Source of the DNA: an uncultured cyanobacterium
Lineage (GTDB): Bacteria; Cyanobacteriota; Cyanobacteriia; CAKZMO01
Assembly (NCBI GenBank): GCA_963719515.1
Contig: CAVRCJ010000006.1
Coordinates: 352,001 to 416,000, forward strand
Reading direction: 5' to 3'
DNA length: 64,000 nt
Numbering within the stretch: the first letter of the stretch is position 1; each line of letters opens with the position of its first letter. Shown here piece by piece: positions 10,432-20,107 of this stretch. Below the pieces are notes generated by a model that did not search any database, was not told the DNA's origin, and saw nothing but the letters and a program-made list of their open reading frames with translations. Made by a program: the position numbers and the translations under genes.

Positions 10432-10863
10432 CTAGGCAGACTTGAGCTGTTTGCAGAGCCTCAGCTCAGTCCCCTGAGAATTCCACTGCACGCAGTCAAA
10501 GACCTGATGCAAGATGTATAAACCGCGACCACATTCCCCTACTTCCTCGGGCATTTCGTGGCAGCGTTTCTTCACTGTGCTGGATGATGGAGCAAATCCG
10601 CCGCCTTGGTCAGACACAATCCACCAGTACTCATGGTTAAAAAAGAAGAACTGAACCATGACCGCTTTGCCGGGATCAAGCTTGTTGCCGTGTTTTGCCG
10701 CGTTCACCAATGCTTCTTGAAGACCGAGCCTGACCTCACATCGACACTGAGAGGGCACGTCGGCTAACAGTAGATCTAGAACGGGGCAGAGGTGAAGAGT
10801 CGAGGAGAAGCTCAGAGTTCCATATTTACGACCCAAATTTGGCCGCATTGCAACTGCAATCAC
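10432..10863 (-). CDS. pmgA: Anti-sigma factor-like ATP-binding protein (PmgA-like)
   Basis: HATPase/RsbW motifs LGLQEALVNAAKHGN, SDQGGGF, ECGRGL; N-terminal TLSFSSTLHLCPVLDLLL. Confidence 0.65.
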   Translation of the reverse strand: MIAVAMRPNLGRKYGTLSFSSTLHLCPVLDLLLADVPSQCRCEVRLGLQEALVNAAKHGNKLDPGKAVMVQFFFFNHEYWWIVSDQGGGFAPSSSTVKKRCHEMPEEVGECGRGLYILHQVFDCVQWNSQGTELRLCKQLKSA

Positions 10864-11088
10864 GCTAGAACCTCACCAATACTGTAATTTTTCTAAGCCT
10901 TGAAATTGGCCTAGGTCAAGCTGACCAAAGCGTTCAGCCCACACTCATAATAACACAGGCATTTTGGTCGTCTCTAAGTTGACGAAGGCGTTTCTCTTGC
11001 CTGGTCTAGGATTTAGCCATTCTGACCAGTGATCTGCGCCGGGTGTAATGTGTGTTGTAGGTCACTTTTCAGGGAAAAGAATGACCAG

Positions 11089-12042
11089 TTACGGCTTTTC
11101 CTGGTCCACCGCCGCTCGCCGCAGCCGCAGCTGAACGTCCTCCATTACTTTGCGGTTCACCGACAGCAAATCGGCCACCAGTCCAAAAATCCACAGCTGC
11201 ACCCCCACCAAAATCAGCATCGCCGCTAAAATCAGGCTCGGCGCGCGGGCGCGGGTCGGGTCGTCGAACAAAAACAGGATTACCCACCGCAGCCCCAGCA
11301 GCAGCCCGGCCCCAAACGGCAGGCCTCCCAAAATCGTGAAGAACCGCATCGGACGGTACACCATAAAGATGCGGATGATAGTCAGGATCGAGCGCTGAAT
11401 ATAGCTGGGGATGCTCTTCACCAGCCGAGAAGGCCGCAGGTCGCCGTTGATGCGAATAGGGACTGAGGTAATCACCATGCCCTTGTGGCCAGCCTGGATG
11501 ATGGTCTCTAAGGTGTAGGTGTACTCATTGAACACGTTCATCTGCAGCGCTGCCGTGCGGCTGAGGGCACGAAAGCCGCTGGGGGCGTCGGGGATTTTGG
11601 TGTTGCTGGCTAGACGCACTACCCAGCTTCCCAAGCCCTGCAGCAGCTTTTTAATAGGCGAGAAGTGGGCAATATCGTGGATAGGTCGAGCGCCCACCAC
11701 GATCTCGGCCTCCCGCCGTAGGATAGGGGCGACCAGTTTGGGGATGTCGGCAGCGCAGTACTGATTGTCGGCGTCGGTGTTGACGATGATATCGGCCCCG
11801 GCCCGCAGGCAGGCTTCTAGTCCTGCCATAAAGCCCACCGCTAATCCTCGGTTGTGCTCGAAGCTAACGATATGGTCGACGCCGTAATTTTTCGCCACCT
11901 CCACGGTACGATCGCTGCTGCCGTCGTCGATCACCAGCCACTCCACTTCATCTATTCCTGGAACCTGGCGCGGCAGCTCGGCCAGGGTCGTGCCGAGGGT
12001 TGCCTCTTCGTTGTAGCAGGGGATCTGAATAATCAGCTTCAT
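11089..12042 (-). CDS. Glycosyltransferase family 2 with C-terminal TM helices
   Basis: IQIPCYNEE, IDDGSSDRT, NTDADNQY, DAPSGFRA. Confidence 0.9.
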   Translation of the reverse strand: MKLIIQIPCYNEEATLGTTLAELPRQVPGIDEVEWLVIDDGSSDRTVEVAKNYGVDHIVSFEHNRGLAVGFMAGLEACLRAGADIIVNTDADNQYCAADIPKLVAPILRREAEIVVGARPIHDIAHFSPIKKLLQGLGSWVVRLASNTKIPDAPSGFRALSRTAALQMNVFNEYTYTLETIIQAGHKGMVITSVPIRINGDLRPSRLVKSIPSYIQRSILTIIRIFMVYRPMRFFTILGGLPFGAGLLLGLRWVILFLFDDPTRARAPSLILAAMLILVGVQLWIFGLVADLLSVNRKVMEDVQLRLRRAAVDQEKP

Positions 12043-12228
12043 CGCGTAGGCTCACTGTGCTTCACTCGTGGTGAGTCAAGTAGTTTTCGAGAGTATCGAA
12101 GCCCTCGCCTCAATAACGGTTCATTATCTAGTCCAAGTGACGCTACGGTAAAGCGAACGGACCCTTGGACTTAGATATGGCACGATGGGGCAACCTACCC
12201 CACGCTGCCGTGAGGCTTAATCAAGATC

Positions 12229-12666
12229 ATGCCCCAATCCTCATTGACCGATATCGCCCGACAGGCGCAGGCGATCGCGGCGGCTGAGACTGCCGTTGTT
12301 GCTCTAGCCGAAAAAAGCGGAGAGACCATATTCTACGCAGCGGCGGTTGGCAAACATGCTGAGGCGATCGTAGGAAAACGAAGCCAAGCGTCTACCTCAG
12401 GGCTCTGCGGTGCTGTCTTCGCTTCTGGGCAAGCGGAGCTGGTGTGTCACACTCGCGGCGATTTGCGGGTGCGGCAAGACTTAGCTGAGGCATTGGGCAT
12501 TACAACCGCTTTAGCGGCTCCTATTACTCGAGGCACACAGCTGTTGGGGGCGCTGATGGTGCTCAACCGGCAGGATGGCGGTGTCTTCGACGACGTGAGT
12601 AGAGGGGAGCTAACTGCCTATGCCGAGGCTTTGGCAGAAAGTTTTTGGCGGGAAGTACAGTCTTAG
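12229..12666 (+). CDS. Stand-alone GAF domain protein
   Basis: GLCGAVFASG, TALAAPI...LLGALMVLNRQDGGVF. Confidence 0.75.
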   Translation: MPQSSLTDIARQAQAIAAAETAVVALAEKSGETIFYAAAVGKHAEAIVGKRSQASTSGLCGAVFASGQAELVCHTRGDLRVRQDLAEALGITTALAAPITRGTQLLGALMVLNRQDGGVFDDVSRGELTAYAEALAESFWREVQS

Positions 12667-12727
12667 CGGGCGATAATCTTGGCGGGTGGTTGGTCAGAGT
12701 TCAAAGTATGCGTGACATCCTCCCCCG

Positions 12728-13987
12728 CTAAACCCTAACGGGCTGTAGACGGGGGCTTCCCAAATTCACAATTGAGAGTTGCTGGTTCAACGGCATCCCA
12801 ACGGATAAGCCTCCACAGCCAGAGAGCGATTGTCCGACCGCCCTATTCAATATGTTGATTGCTGCATTCCAATCCCGGTTCATCTTGAGCCCACACCCAC
12901 AGACATGAACCCTATCACCCAGCGTCTTGACGACGCGCTCACCACAGCCCGAACACTCAATGCTAGTACCGTTGGGGTTGACGCCAATAGCCAGTTTGCT
13001 GCGTTTTACCGCGACCGCTTGCAGGATATTGAGGAATTGGCCCCAGGCCGCATCGAGGATCGACTTAGCCAGCCGGGTTCTGGCAAGTCCCTTGATGTTC
13101 AGGTTCTCGAACGCTATCAAGTCGTAGTTGGCGCAAAGCCAATGCGAGAGCTGATAGTGAAACTCTTTGCGCTGGCGGCCTACATGCAGGTGCAGCCGCG
13201 CCACCTTGTTGGCCTGCCGCTGGTGGTTCTTAGAGCCCTTCTCCATTCGGGCCAATTTGCGCTGCTGACGGCCAAGACGCTCTTGAGCTTTGCGATAAAA
13301 CTGCGGAATACTTACCGCTTCACCGTTAGAGGTAGTGAGGAACTTTTCAAGTCCCACATCAATACCAACGACGGATTCAACCTCGCTGACCGGCAACGGT
13401 TCTGGGACCGTCCCGTCTTCAAGAGACAAGCTGACATACCAACCATCGGCCTTGTTCAAGATTGTGGCCTGCTTCAATTTGAAGCCGTCAGGAATTGGTC
13501 GGTGCAGGATGACCTGTACTTCGCCAATCTTCGACAGCTTCAGCATGTCGCCGTTCAAAAACGCGCCGGCCTTAGGGCAGTTCACCCTTGGGTAGGTAAA
13601 CGAGCACAGGTTGCCCCGCTTCTTAAAACGTGGCCTACCGCCCCGCTTACCATTTTTGTCCGGCGACATCCAGCGCTTCCACGCTTTGTCCAAGCGCATC
13701 AGGTTTTGTTGCTGGCAATCAGCGTAAATGCCTTTGTACTCAGGGAACAGCTGTTTCGTCTCTTTGAGGGCAGCAGCCTGTGAGTAATAGTCAATCTTTC
13801 CGCCAATCTCGCCTATCGGCTCTGAGCGCAGGCTGCATCTATCAATCTGGCAGCGCCATCGGGATAGCACGTCTAGCCGCTCCCCCAGAGCGTAGTTCCA
13901 ATGCCGACGCAGCAACTCTCCCCAGAGGGCCATAGTGTCGGCCTGCTGAGCAGTTGGCTTTAGTCGGTATTGGTAGGCTAGAATCAT
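12728..13987 (-). CDS. tnpB: RNA-guided endonuclease TnpB
   Basis: AYQYRLKPT start, RuvC D (GIDVGL), E (IAFENL), D (NRDWNAAINI), zinc finger CSGCG...CGCG. Start placed at MILAYQ. Confidence 0.93.
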   Translation of the reverse strand: MILAYQYRLKPTAQQADTMALWGELLRRHWNYALGERLDVLSRWRCQIDRCSLRSEPIGEIGGKIDYYSQAAALKETKQLFPEYKGIYADCQQQNLMRLDKAWKRWMSPDKNGKRGGRPRFKKRGNLCSFTYPRVNCPKAGAFLNGDMLKLSKIGEVQVILHRPIPDGFKLKQATILNKADGWYVSLSLEDGTVPEPLPVSEVESVVGIDVGLEKFLTTSNGEAVSIPQFYRKAQERLGRQQRKLARMEKGSKNHQRQANKVARLHLHVGRQRKEFHYQLSHWLCANYDLIAFENLNIKGLARTRLAKSILDAAWGQFLNILQAVAVKRSKLAIGVNPNGTSIECSGCGERVVKTLGDRVHVCGCGLKMNRDWNAAINILNRAVGQSLSGCGGLSVGMPLNQQLSIVNLGSPRLQPVRV

Positions 13988-14009
13988 GTCATCATCATAG
14001 CTTAGTGAC

Positions 14010-14420
14010 ATGACCTACAACAAGGGCTATCGCTGTGTTTACAGCTTGAACATACACTTAGTGCTTGTAACTAAATACCGGCTTAACATCATTGACAAGC
14101 CAATTCAAGAGCGTCTCTACGAGATTTTTGCTGATACCTGCGAGAAGTGGAGTAGCAACCTTGTCGAGATAAACGGAGAAGCAGACCACGTTCACTTATT
14201 GATTAGCTATCCACCGGACGTGCAGCTTAGCAAACTGGTAAACAACCTGAAGACCGTGTCGAGCAGATTGATTCGTAAGGAGTTTGAAGAGCGTGTTGCA
14301 AAAGCGTATCGAAAACGGGTGTTCTGGTCTGGGGCTTACTTTGTCGCTTCAACCGGCGGCGTCACCCTGGAGCAGGTCAAAGCCTATGTCGAGAATCAAC
14401 CAGGCGTCGAGCCTAGCTGA
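14010..14420 (+). CDS. tnpA: IS200-type Y1 HUH transposase TnpA
   Basis: HLVLVTKYR, HUH motif DHVHLL, FWSGAYF, catalytic Y in KAYVENQ. Confidence 0.95.
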   Translation: MTYNKGYRCVYSLNIHLVLVTKYRLNIIDKPIQERLYEIFADTCEKWSSNLVEINGEADHVHLLISYPPDVQLSKLVNNLKTVSSRLIRKEFEERVAKAYRKRVFWSGAYFVASTGGVTLEQVKAYVENQPGVEPS

Positions 14421-14483
14421 TTCTCGCTCCTATCCCCCTCGCCACCAAACGCTAGCGCGTTCTGGTGGGAGTACCCCGGAGAA

Positions 14484-14834
14484 CTAGATGGATTCGATAC
14501 CGGCGCGGATGATTTCAACAGCGTAGGCCCCAAAGTTGATCGTCAGGGCCAGCAGGGCGGCGCTGTAGGCCCCCAGACTCGGCCCCAAGCTGGAGATGCC
14601 GAAGAAGATGAACAGCAGCTGTACCAGGAATGGCGTGTTGCGGATGGCTTCTACGTAGGTGGCGGCGATCGCTCCCAACAGGCGATTACCCGAGGTGCGG
14701 CACAGCGCTCCTGCTATGCCGATCAGCAGCCCTAGCAGCACCGCTAGGGTAGAGAGCTGCAGGGTGAGCCACACCCCACTGAGCAACAAATCCCAATTAT
14801 TCCAAATGACCTGAAATTGAAACCGGTAGGCCAT
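14484..14834 (-). pseudogene. Polar amino acid ABC permease truncated by the IS605 element
   Basis: YVEAIRNTPFLVQL and AYAVEIIRAGIESI, then a stop supplied by the IS left end; 116 aa, about half the normal length. Confidence 0.85.
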
Positions 14835-14942
14835 CGCTGTTTAAATAACGTTCGTTGTTGACCACCGTCACCATCCACCTGAGGGGCGTGCGGCCATACG
14901 CCCCTACCGGTTACACCATCCCCACAATCTGCTTGTGACGTA

Positions 14943-16247
14943 TTACGACGCGATAAATTCGTTCCATTTTTGAACAAGATACGTATTCTCGCTCATGGTC
15001 GAATTCCACACCACGATATTGCCAAACCGCTCCTCAAACGAGCCGCCATCTCGCACGGCCCCCGTCTTCGCCAGGGTTTTGCCAAACGGGTCCACAATAT
15101 CCTCTGGCGCAGGCTGTCCCTCGTACCAATAGGCCCACTCCGCGTCAGACATATAGGTCTTGGAGTTCTCCGGCGCAGCGCTGTAGTAGCCCTGACGACC
15201 CAAGAAAGCGCCTACCCAACCCTCTAGCATCCAGTTCAAATATTCGTAGGCGGCGTCCCGCTCCATGCCTTCGAGGTTTTTAGACAGCCCGACGCCGCCA
15301 CCCCAGCCGCGATAGCCTTCCTTCAGCGGCGCATAGACACAGTCAATGCCCTGGGCCTGCACCGCCGTCACCGCCGGAGACCACATGGACTGCAGTACCA
15401 CCTCGCCTGACGACATCAGGTTCACCGACTCGTCAAAGGTCTTCCAGAAGGCTCGGAACTGGCCGTTGGCCTTTTGCTCTTTAAGAATTTCGGTGAGCTG
15501 ATCGATCTCGGCTTGGGTCATGTCGCCCTTGTCCGCAAAGCTCATTAGCCCCAGGGCCTCAGCCACCATAGCGGCGTCCATGATGCCGATTTGGGGAATG
15601 TCGAGGATGGAGGTCTTGCCGCGAAACTCTTCGCTGAACAGCTCGCCCCAGCTTTCGATACTACGGCCCACTAGGTCGGGGCGGTAGCCCAAGGTGTCGG
15701 CGTTGTACTGAAAAGGAATCAGCGTTGCGGATTCGGTGGGGGAGTCAGAAAATTCGCTGGAGTCTGGTCCCTGTAGGTACATGACTCTATAGGGCGCGGT
15801 GCCCTGCGATGTCTCGACGGGCATGCCGTCGAATTTGCCTGAAGTAAAGAAGGGAACGATTTTGTCCCAGGCCGTGATTTTGTTGATGTCGATCGCCTGC
15901 AGGTTGCCGGAGGGGACCACCAGCGGCAGGCTAAAATACTCGCCGTCAAAAACGTCGTACTGGTCGGGCTGGGTGATGGCGATTTGGTTGTTTTCTTCGG
16001 TGCTCAGGGCCCGCATCTCTAGCTTGAAGCCGAGATCTTCCTGGGCCTTGTCGCGAATTTCGTTGATTTGAGAGACGCCGGTGCCGATGAGCCGTAGGGT
16101 GACGTCTTTAGCGTTGTTGGCGTTCACCTCGGGGCCGGTGGCAGGGTTGTTAGGGGTGCCTTTGGGGGCGGCGCACCGAGCAGTGGCTACGGCAGCACCA
16201 GCCGCGAGGCCGGTGTAGAGCAGTTTACGGCGGGTAATTCGGGTCAT
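14943..16247 (-). CDS. ABC transporter substrate-binding protein (PotD/PotF-like) with Tat-like signal
   Basis: MTRITRRKLL Tat-like signal with GAGGAG RBS upstream; SGEVVLQSMWSPAV, EGYRGWG, AAYEYLNW. Confidence 0.85.
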   Translation of the reverse strand: MTRITRRKLLYTGLAAGAAVATARCAAPKGTPNNPATGPEVNANNAKDVTLRLIGTGVSQINEIRDKAQEDLGFKLEMRALSTEENNQIAITQPDQYDVFDGEYFSLPLVVPSGNLQAIDINKITAWDKIVPFFTSGKFDGMPVETSQGTAPYRVMYLQGPDSSEFSDSPTESATLIPFQYNADTLGYRPDLVGRSIESWGELFSEEFRGKTSILDIPQIGIMDAAMVAEALGLMSFADKGDMTQAEIDQLTEILKEQKANGQFRAFWKTFDESVNLMSSGEVVLQSMWSPAVTAVQAQGIDCVYAPLKEGYRGWGGGVGLSKNLEGMERDAAYEYLNWMLEGWVGAFLGRQGYYSAAPENSKTYMSDAEWAYWYEGQPAPEDIVDPFGKTLAKTGAVRDGGSFEERFGNIVVWNSTMSENTYLVQKWNEFIAS

Positions 16248-16321
16248 GGTCGTCTCCTCAAAAACGTGATCTATATCGAATGTTTGGAACGTTACCACGC
16301 TGCGAGGCTGTGCTGCGAGGT

Positions 16322-17500
16322 TTAGTGGGGTAAAAAAACGCAGTCGCTAGCGGGCCACTGCACGGAGAGCGTCTGACCTTCTTTCACACCCAGCCGGTTC
16401 CAATCTTCGGTCCGTAACGTATGTAGCAAATCTTGTCCTGTGGCTTCTGCTACCAAAGATACACGGGTCACATAGCCGGTCATCTCTACGGCGGTGATGC
16501 GGGCGGTAAGACGGTTGAGGTGCTCGCCGGTTGAGCTCGCTGCCGGTAAATCTTCTCCCGACAGCTGCAGCAGATCTGGGCGCACTGAGCAGGCCGCCTC
16601 GCTGCCCACCGGCACGCCGTGGCCCGTTGCCACCAGGACGCCAACCTCTGGCACCTCTAGCTCCACTAGCTCTTGACCCGAGCCGTCGGGCACAGCGCGG
16701 ATGACCTTGCCCGCAAAGACGTTGTTGTCTCCAATGAACTTAGCCACGAACCGCGATGCGGGGGCATTAAACAGCTCGGCAGGCGTGGCCACCTGATCGA
16801 TGAGGCCGTGATTCATCACCACGATTTGGTCTGAGAGGGAAAATGCTTCCTCGACGTGGTGGGTGACTTGAATGAAGGTGAGACCAAACTGCTGCTGAAT
16901 TTTGCGCAGCTCTCGCCGCATACGGACCCTTAAGTTTTCGTCTAGCGCGCTCAAGGGTTCATCCAGCATCAGCACCTGAGGGCGGGTAATTAACGCCCGC
17001 GCCAGGGCAATGCGCTGCTGCTGCCCGCCGCTGAGCTGGTGGGGTTTGCGATCGCCCGTGTGGGTCAGCCCCACTAGCTCCAGCATTTCGTCCACCCGCT
17101 GACGCCTTTCGTTCACCGGAAGACCCTGCATCTTGAGCCCAAACTCTACGTTTTGCCACACCGTCTTGTGGGGAAACAGGGCGTAGTTTTGGAACATCAT
17201 GGCCGTGTTGCGCTTCGCTGGCGGCAGCGCCGTGACGCAGCGATCGCCGATCAGCACCTGCCCCTGGGTCACCGCTTCGTGTCCGGAGATAAGCCGTAGG
17301 GTGGTGGTTTTGCCGCAGCCGCTGGGGCCGAGCAGACAGCAGTAGCTCCCGGCTGGAATGTCGAGGGTCAGGTTTTCGATGGCGACCACGGTGCCGTAGG
17401 TCTTGGTGACAGAGCGCAGGGCGACCTGAGCGGCGGTCCCCGTTTGGGGCGATGTCTCCTGCTGGCGCGGGGGGGATGAGAGGTTGGTGCTGACCGCCAT
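16322..17500 (-). CDS. ABC transporter ATP-binding protein (PotA-like)
   Basis: Walker A GPSGCGKTT, LSGGQQQRIALARAL, LMLDEPLSALD, C-terminal TOBE-like region. Confidence 0.92.
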   Translation of the reverse strand: MAVSTNLSSPPRQQETSPQTGTAAQVALRSVTKTYGTVVAIENLTLDIPAGSYCCLLGPSGCGKTTTLRLISGHEAVTQGQVLIGDRCVTALPPAKRNTAMMFQNYALFPHKTVWQNVEFGLKMQGLPVNERRQRVDEMLELVGLTHTGDRKPHQLSGGQQQRIALARALITRPQVLMLDEPLSALDENLRVRMRRELRKIQQQFGLTFIQVTHHVEEAFSLSDQIVVMNHGLIDQVATPAELFNAPASRFVAKFIGDNNVFAGKVIRAVPDGSGQELVELEVPEVGVLVATGHGVPVGSEAACSVRPDLLQLSGEDLPAASSTGEHLNRLTARITAVEMTGYVTRVSLVAEATGQDLLHTLRTEDWNRLGVKEGQTLSVQWPASDCVFLPH

Positions 17501-17507
17501 GGCTACT

Positions 17508-18831
17508 TTACGGAGAGGTTTTCTGTAGTGAATCTGAGGAATCTTGTTCGGCGCACGGATAGTGCTGGTCAAGCTGCAGGAGCGTGTTCAGCAAGACGTT
17601 AGTGCCGGCGATGCAGTGCTCTGGCAGGGTGTACTCGGTTTCAGCGTGGCTGATGCCCCCCTGACTGGGAACAAAAATCATGCCCATATCCGTGAGGCTG
17701 GCCATGATCTGCGCGTCGTGGCTGGCGCGGCTGGGCAGCGGGCAGGCGCTTAGGCCGATGTCGCCGCACACCTGGGCGATCGCATTATAAATGTGGGAAC
17801 TGACGGGGACGGGCTCGTTGCGCAGCTGGGGCGCGACGCGAATCTCGGTTTGGGTGGCGGCGGCGATCGCCCCGGCCTCGTCTTCCAGCATGGCCGCCAT
17901 CCGGTCTAAAGACTCGTTAGACAAGTCCCGCATGTCCACCGTCAGCTCGACCCGACCCGGCACCGTATTCGCTACGTTGGGCGTCAGCGTCATCGAGCCG
18001 ACCGTGGCCACCTGGTCCCCGCTCACCATCTCGTCGCACAGGCAGGCAATTCGGTTCACCGCTAGGGTCATTTCCGCCGCTGCCACCAGCGCGTCCCGCC
18101 GCATGCTCATGGGGGTGGTGCCCGCGTGGCTGGCCTGGCCCACCACCGTAATCAGAAACCGTCGCTGCCCCACGATTCCGGTGACTAGACCTACGGGTAC
18201 GCCCCGCTGCCTCTAGCACCGGACCTTGCTCGACATGGAGCTCTACGAAAGCGGCCAAGCTTCCCGGCGGACGCTGCGCGGTGGACAGCACGGCCCAGCT
18301 GCCGCCAATGGCATCAACGCTGGGCTGGATGGGGGCGTAGTTGGGGTGCTCGTAGTGGGCCGGATCGGGGCTGGCCCGTCCCGCCATGGCCTTGCTGCCA
18401 ATCATCGTCCGCTCTTCATCGGCAAAGATAATCACCTCCAGGGGGTGACCGAGCTGCTTGCCCTGTTCGTGCAGCGTGCGCACTACTTCTAGCCCAGCCA
18501 GCACGCCATAGGTGCCGTCGTAAATTCCCGCCTTGGGGACGGTGTCGAGGTGAGAGCCGGTGGCCAGGGCTGGGGCTTTGGGGTAGCGCCCTGGATAGCG
18601 GCCTATTATGTTACCGGCAGCATCCGTGACGGTACGCATCCCCGCCGCCCGCATCCAGTCTCCCACCACCTGCCGCGCCTGCCGGTCTTCAGGGCCAAAA
18701 GCCAACCGCCGCACGCCGCCTTCCGGCAGCGCGCCAATCGCGCCAATTTCGGCGATCGCCTGCATGAGGCGCTCACCGTTCACGGCCATCGCTGCGGTGG
18801 GGGGTTTGGTAGGTAAAGTATCTTTCATCAA
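17508..18831 (-). pseudogene. M20 Zn-dependent amidohydrolase (N-carbamoylase/allantoate amidohydrolase family) with one frameshift
   Basis: GSHLDTVP, FADEE, FVELHVEQGPVLE in one frame; GQASHAGTTPM, SRASHDAQ, GISHAETE in another. Removing one C from the C4 run at ~18202-18205 fuses them (AGVPVGLVTGIVGQR). Confidence 0.85.
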
Positions 18832-18925
18832 ATGCCGGTAAATTTCCCAGCAGGGGTTATCTGCTGATGACGGTTTGGGTAGCTCTAGTTAAGCATAGGC
18901 GATCGCTTGAGGTCGGAGTTCCCTG

Positions 18926-18967
18926 AACATATTGGTGCAAGGTCTTCTGTTCTGTCGTAAAAGATAC
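18926..18967 (-). promoter_or_regulatory. Putative class II NtcA-activated promoter
   Basis: Minus strand GTA-TCTTTTAC-GAC (one mismatch to GTA-N8-TAC), exactly 22 nt, then TATGTT (TAN3T). Confidence 0.6.
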
Positions 18968-19037
18968 GGTCTTCACCTTTGCCGTCAATGGGAAAGGCCT
19001 TTTTGTCTATTGCTTTATTCAGGATAGGGATGGAGGG

Positions 19038-19141
19038 GTAGGTTGAAGTTGAGCGAAGTGAAACCCAACGCTAGCGATCGCTTTGTTGGGTTTCCTGACG
19101 TCCTAGCGCAGCCATGCCCGCAGGGTTATACCCCGGCCTAC
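19038..19141. repeat. GTAG-type REP-like palindromic element with an internal ~28-bp insert
   Basis: GTAGG...GAAACCCAAC (HIP1 in the loop) GTTGGGTTTC...CCTAC; extra CTAGCGCAGCCATGCCCGCAGGGTTATA in the right arm. Confidence 0.6.
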
Positions 19142-19196
19142 AAGTTTAGATTTGATTCACTGGAGAGCTGATGGGCTATCGGCCTGCGCTCTGCCT

Positions 19197-19526
19197 TTAC
19201 CGACGCGGTAGCGGTATCCGTTTGGTGAGGATGCGCATGACGTCGGTGGGGGTGAGGCCGCGCAGAACGCCGTTGGTGTTGGTCATGGGGATGGGCTGTG
19301 ACCATTCGTGGGGTTCGGCGTAGCCGAGCAGATGTAGTCGGTCGCGGCAGTCGTTGACGGCATAGAGGGAGCCAAGGGCGATCAGCCGCAGGGCGTGGTA
19401 GCCGGTCTCGCTTTCGCCGATTAGGTAGTCGCCGGTTTTGGGGTCGATGTTTAGGCGTGCGAGAGCGTCCTGACGGGCGTCAGGATTACGGGTTATTTCG
19501 TAGGTCATTTGCGGGTTGTCTCCCAT
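19197..19526 (-). CDS. Small cyanobacterial hypothetical protein
   Basis: LRLIALGSLYAVNDCRDRLHLLGYAEPHEWSQPIP...VMRILTKR. Start moved to ATG 19526 (or 19508) because the upstream part is hairpin-rich. Confidence 0.6.
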   Translation of the reverse strand: MGDNPQMTYEITRNPDARQDALARLNIDPKTGDYLIGESETGYHALRLIALGSLYAVNDCRDRLHLLGYAEPHEWSQPIPMTNTNGVLRGLTPTDVMRILTKRIPLPRR

Positions 19527-20019
19527 GTATTGGATGTAGGAAAGACAACCCAAACGTCTAGCCACCCCGCGAGCATAAGGCGAGGTGGCTACTCTGGGAT
19601 AAAATTCCCAGTAGCGCCTGCCGCCTCGGACGGTGGGGGTTAGTCCCCTGGTTGTGTTTGGCGGCACTTCCAGGGGGCGCTAAATATTTGGGTAGTCAGA
19701 AGGACAGCTTGTGATTTGCGTCCATGGCTTGGCATCGTAGCGAAGTTTTGCGTATGGCGCAACCGTGTTGGGAAATTTTTGTGGGATGGGTGTGGGGTGG
19801 TGGGCTTTGTGGCTGAGTTGGAGGGCGATGGTTTGGGGCGATCGGTTGGGGCGATCGCTGCAATTGAAGGAAATCTTTCGTAATCTGTGGCTAAGTCATT
19901 GAGAATTTCGCTTTACACCGCAGGGCTGTGTCTGGAATTGTTCACTTGTACACTGAAGCAGATACAGGTGGTCTCGGGCTTATTAGCCTTCGAGCAATAG
20001 ATGCGTATCAATTCGATAG

Positions 20020-20059
20020 ACAGCTGTGTAATTGCTGGATTCTGCAATTACACAGCTGT
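20020..20059. repeat. Perfect 16-bp inverted repeat upstream of the TIR gene
   Basis: ACAGCTGTGTAATTGC-tggattct-GCAATTACACAGCTGT. Confidence 0.85.
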
Positions 20060-20107
20060 GCTTTTCAGAAAAACTAATTTCAAGTCAATTCTATAGCGCT
20101 CAGGTTC

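Larger units (their letters stand above)
12712..14487 (-). mobile_element. IS200/IS605-family element (IS605 type, divergent tnpA and tnpB)
   Basis: Minus-strand right end GAAG + CCCCCG...CGGGGG hairpin ending GGATGTCAC at 12712. Left end follows CCAT (14488-14491) and carries GGTA before the CCACCA-GAACGC..GCGTT-TGGTGG hairpin. Confidence 0.88.

Noticed and set aside
12830..13783. 317 aa plus-strand ORF
   Set aside because: Antisense shadow of tnpB with no recognisable motifs.
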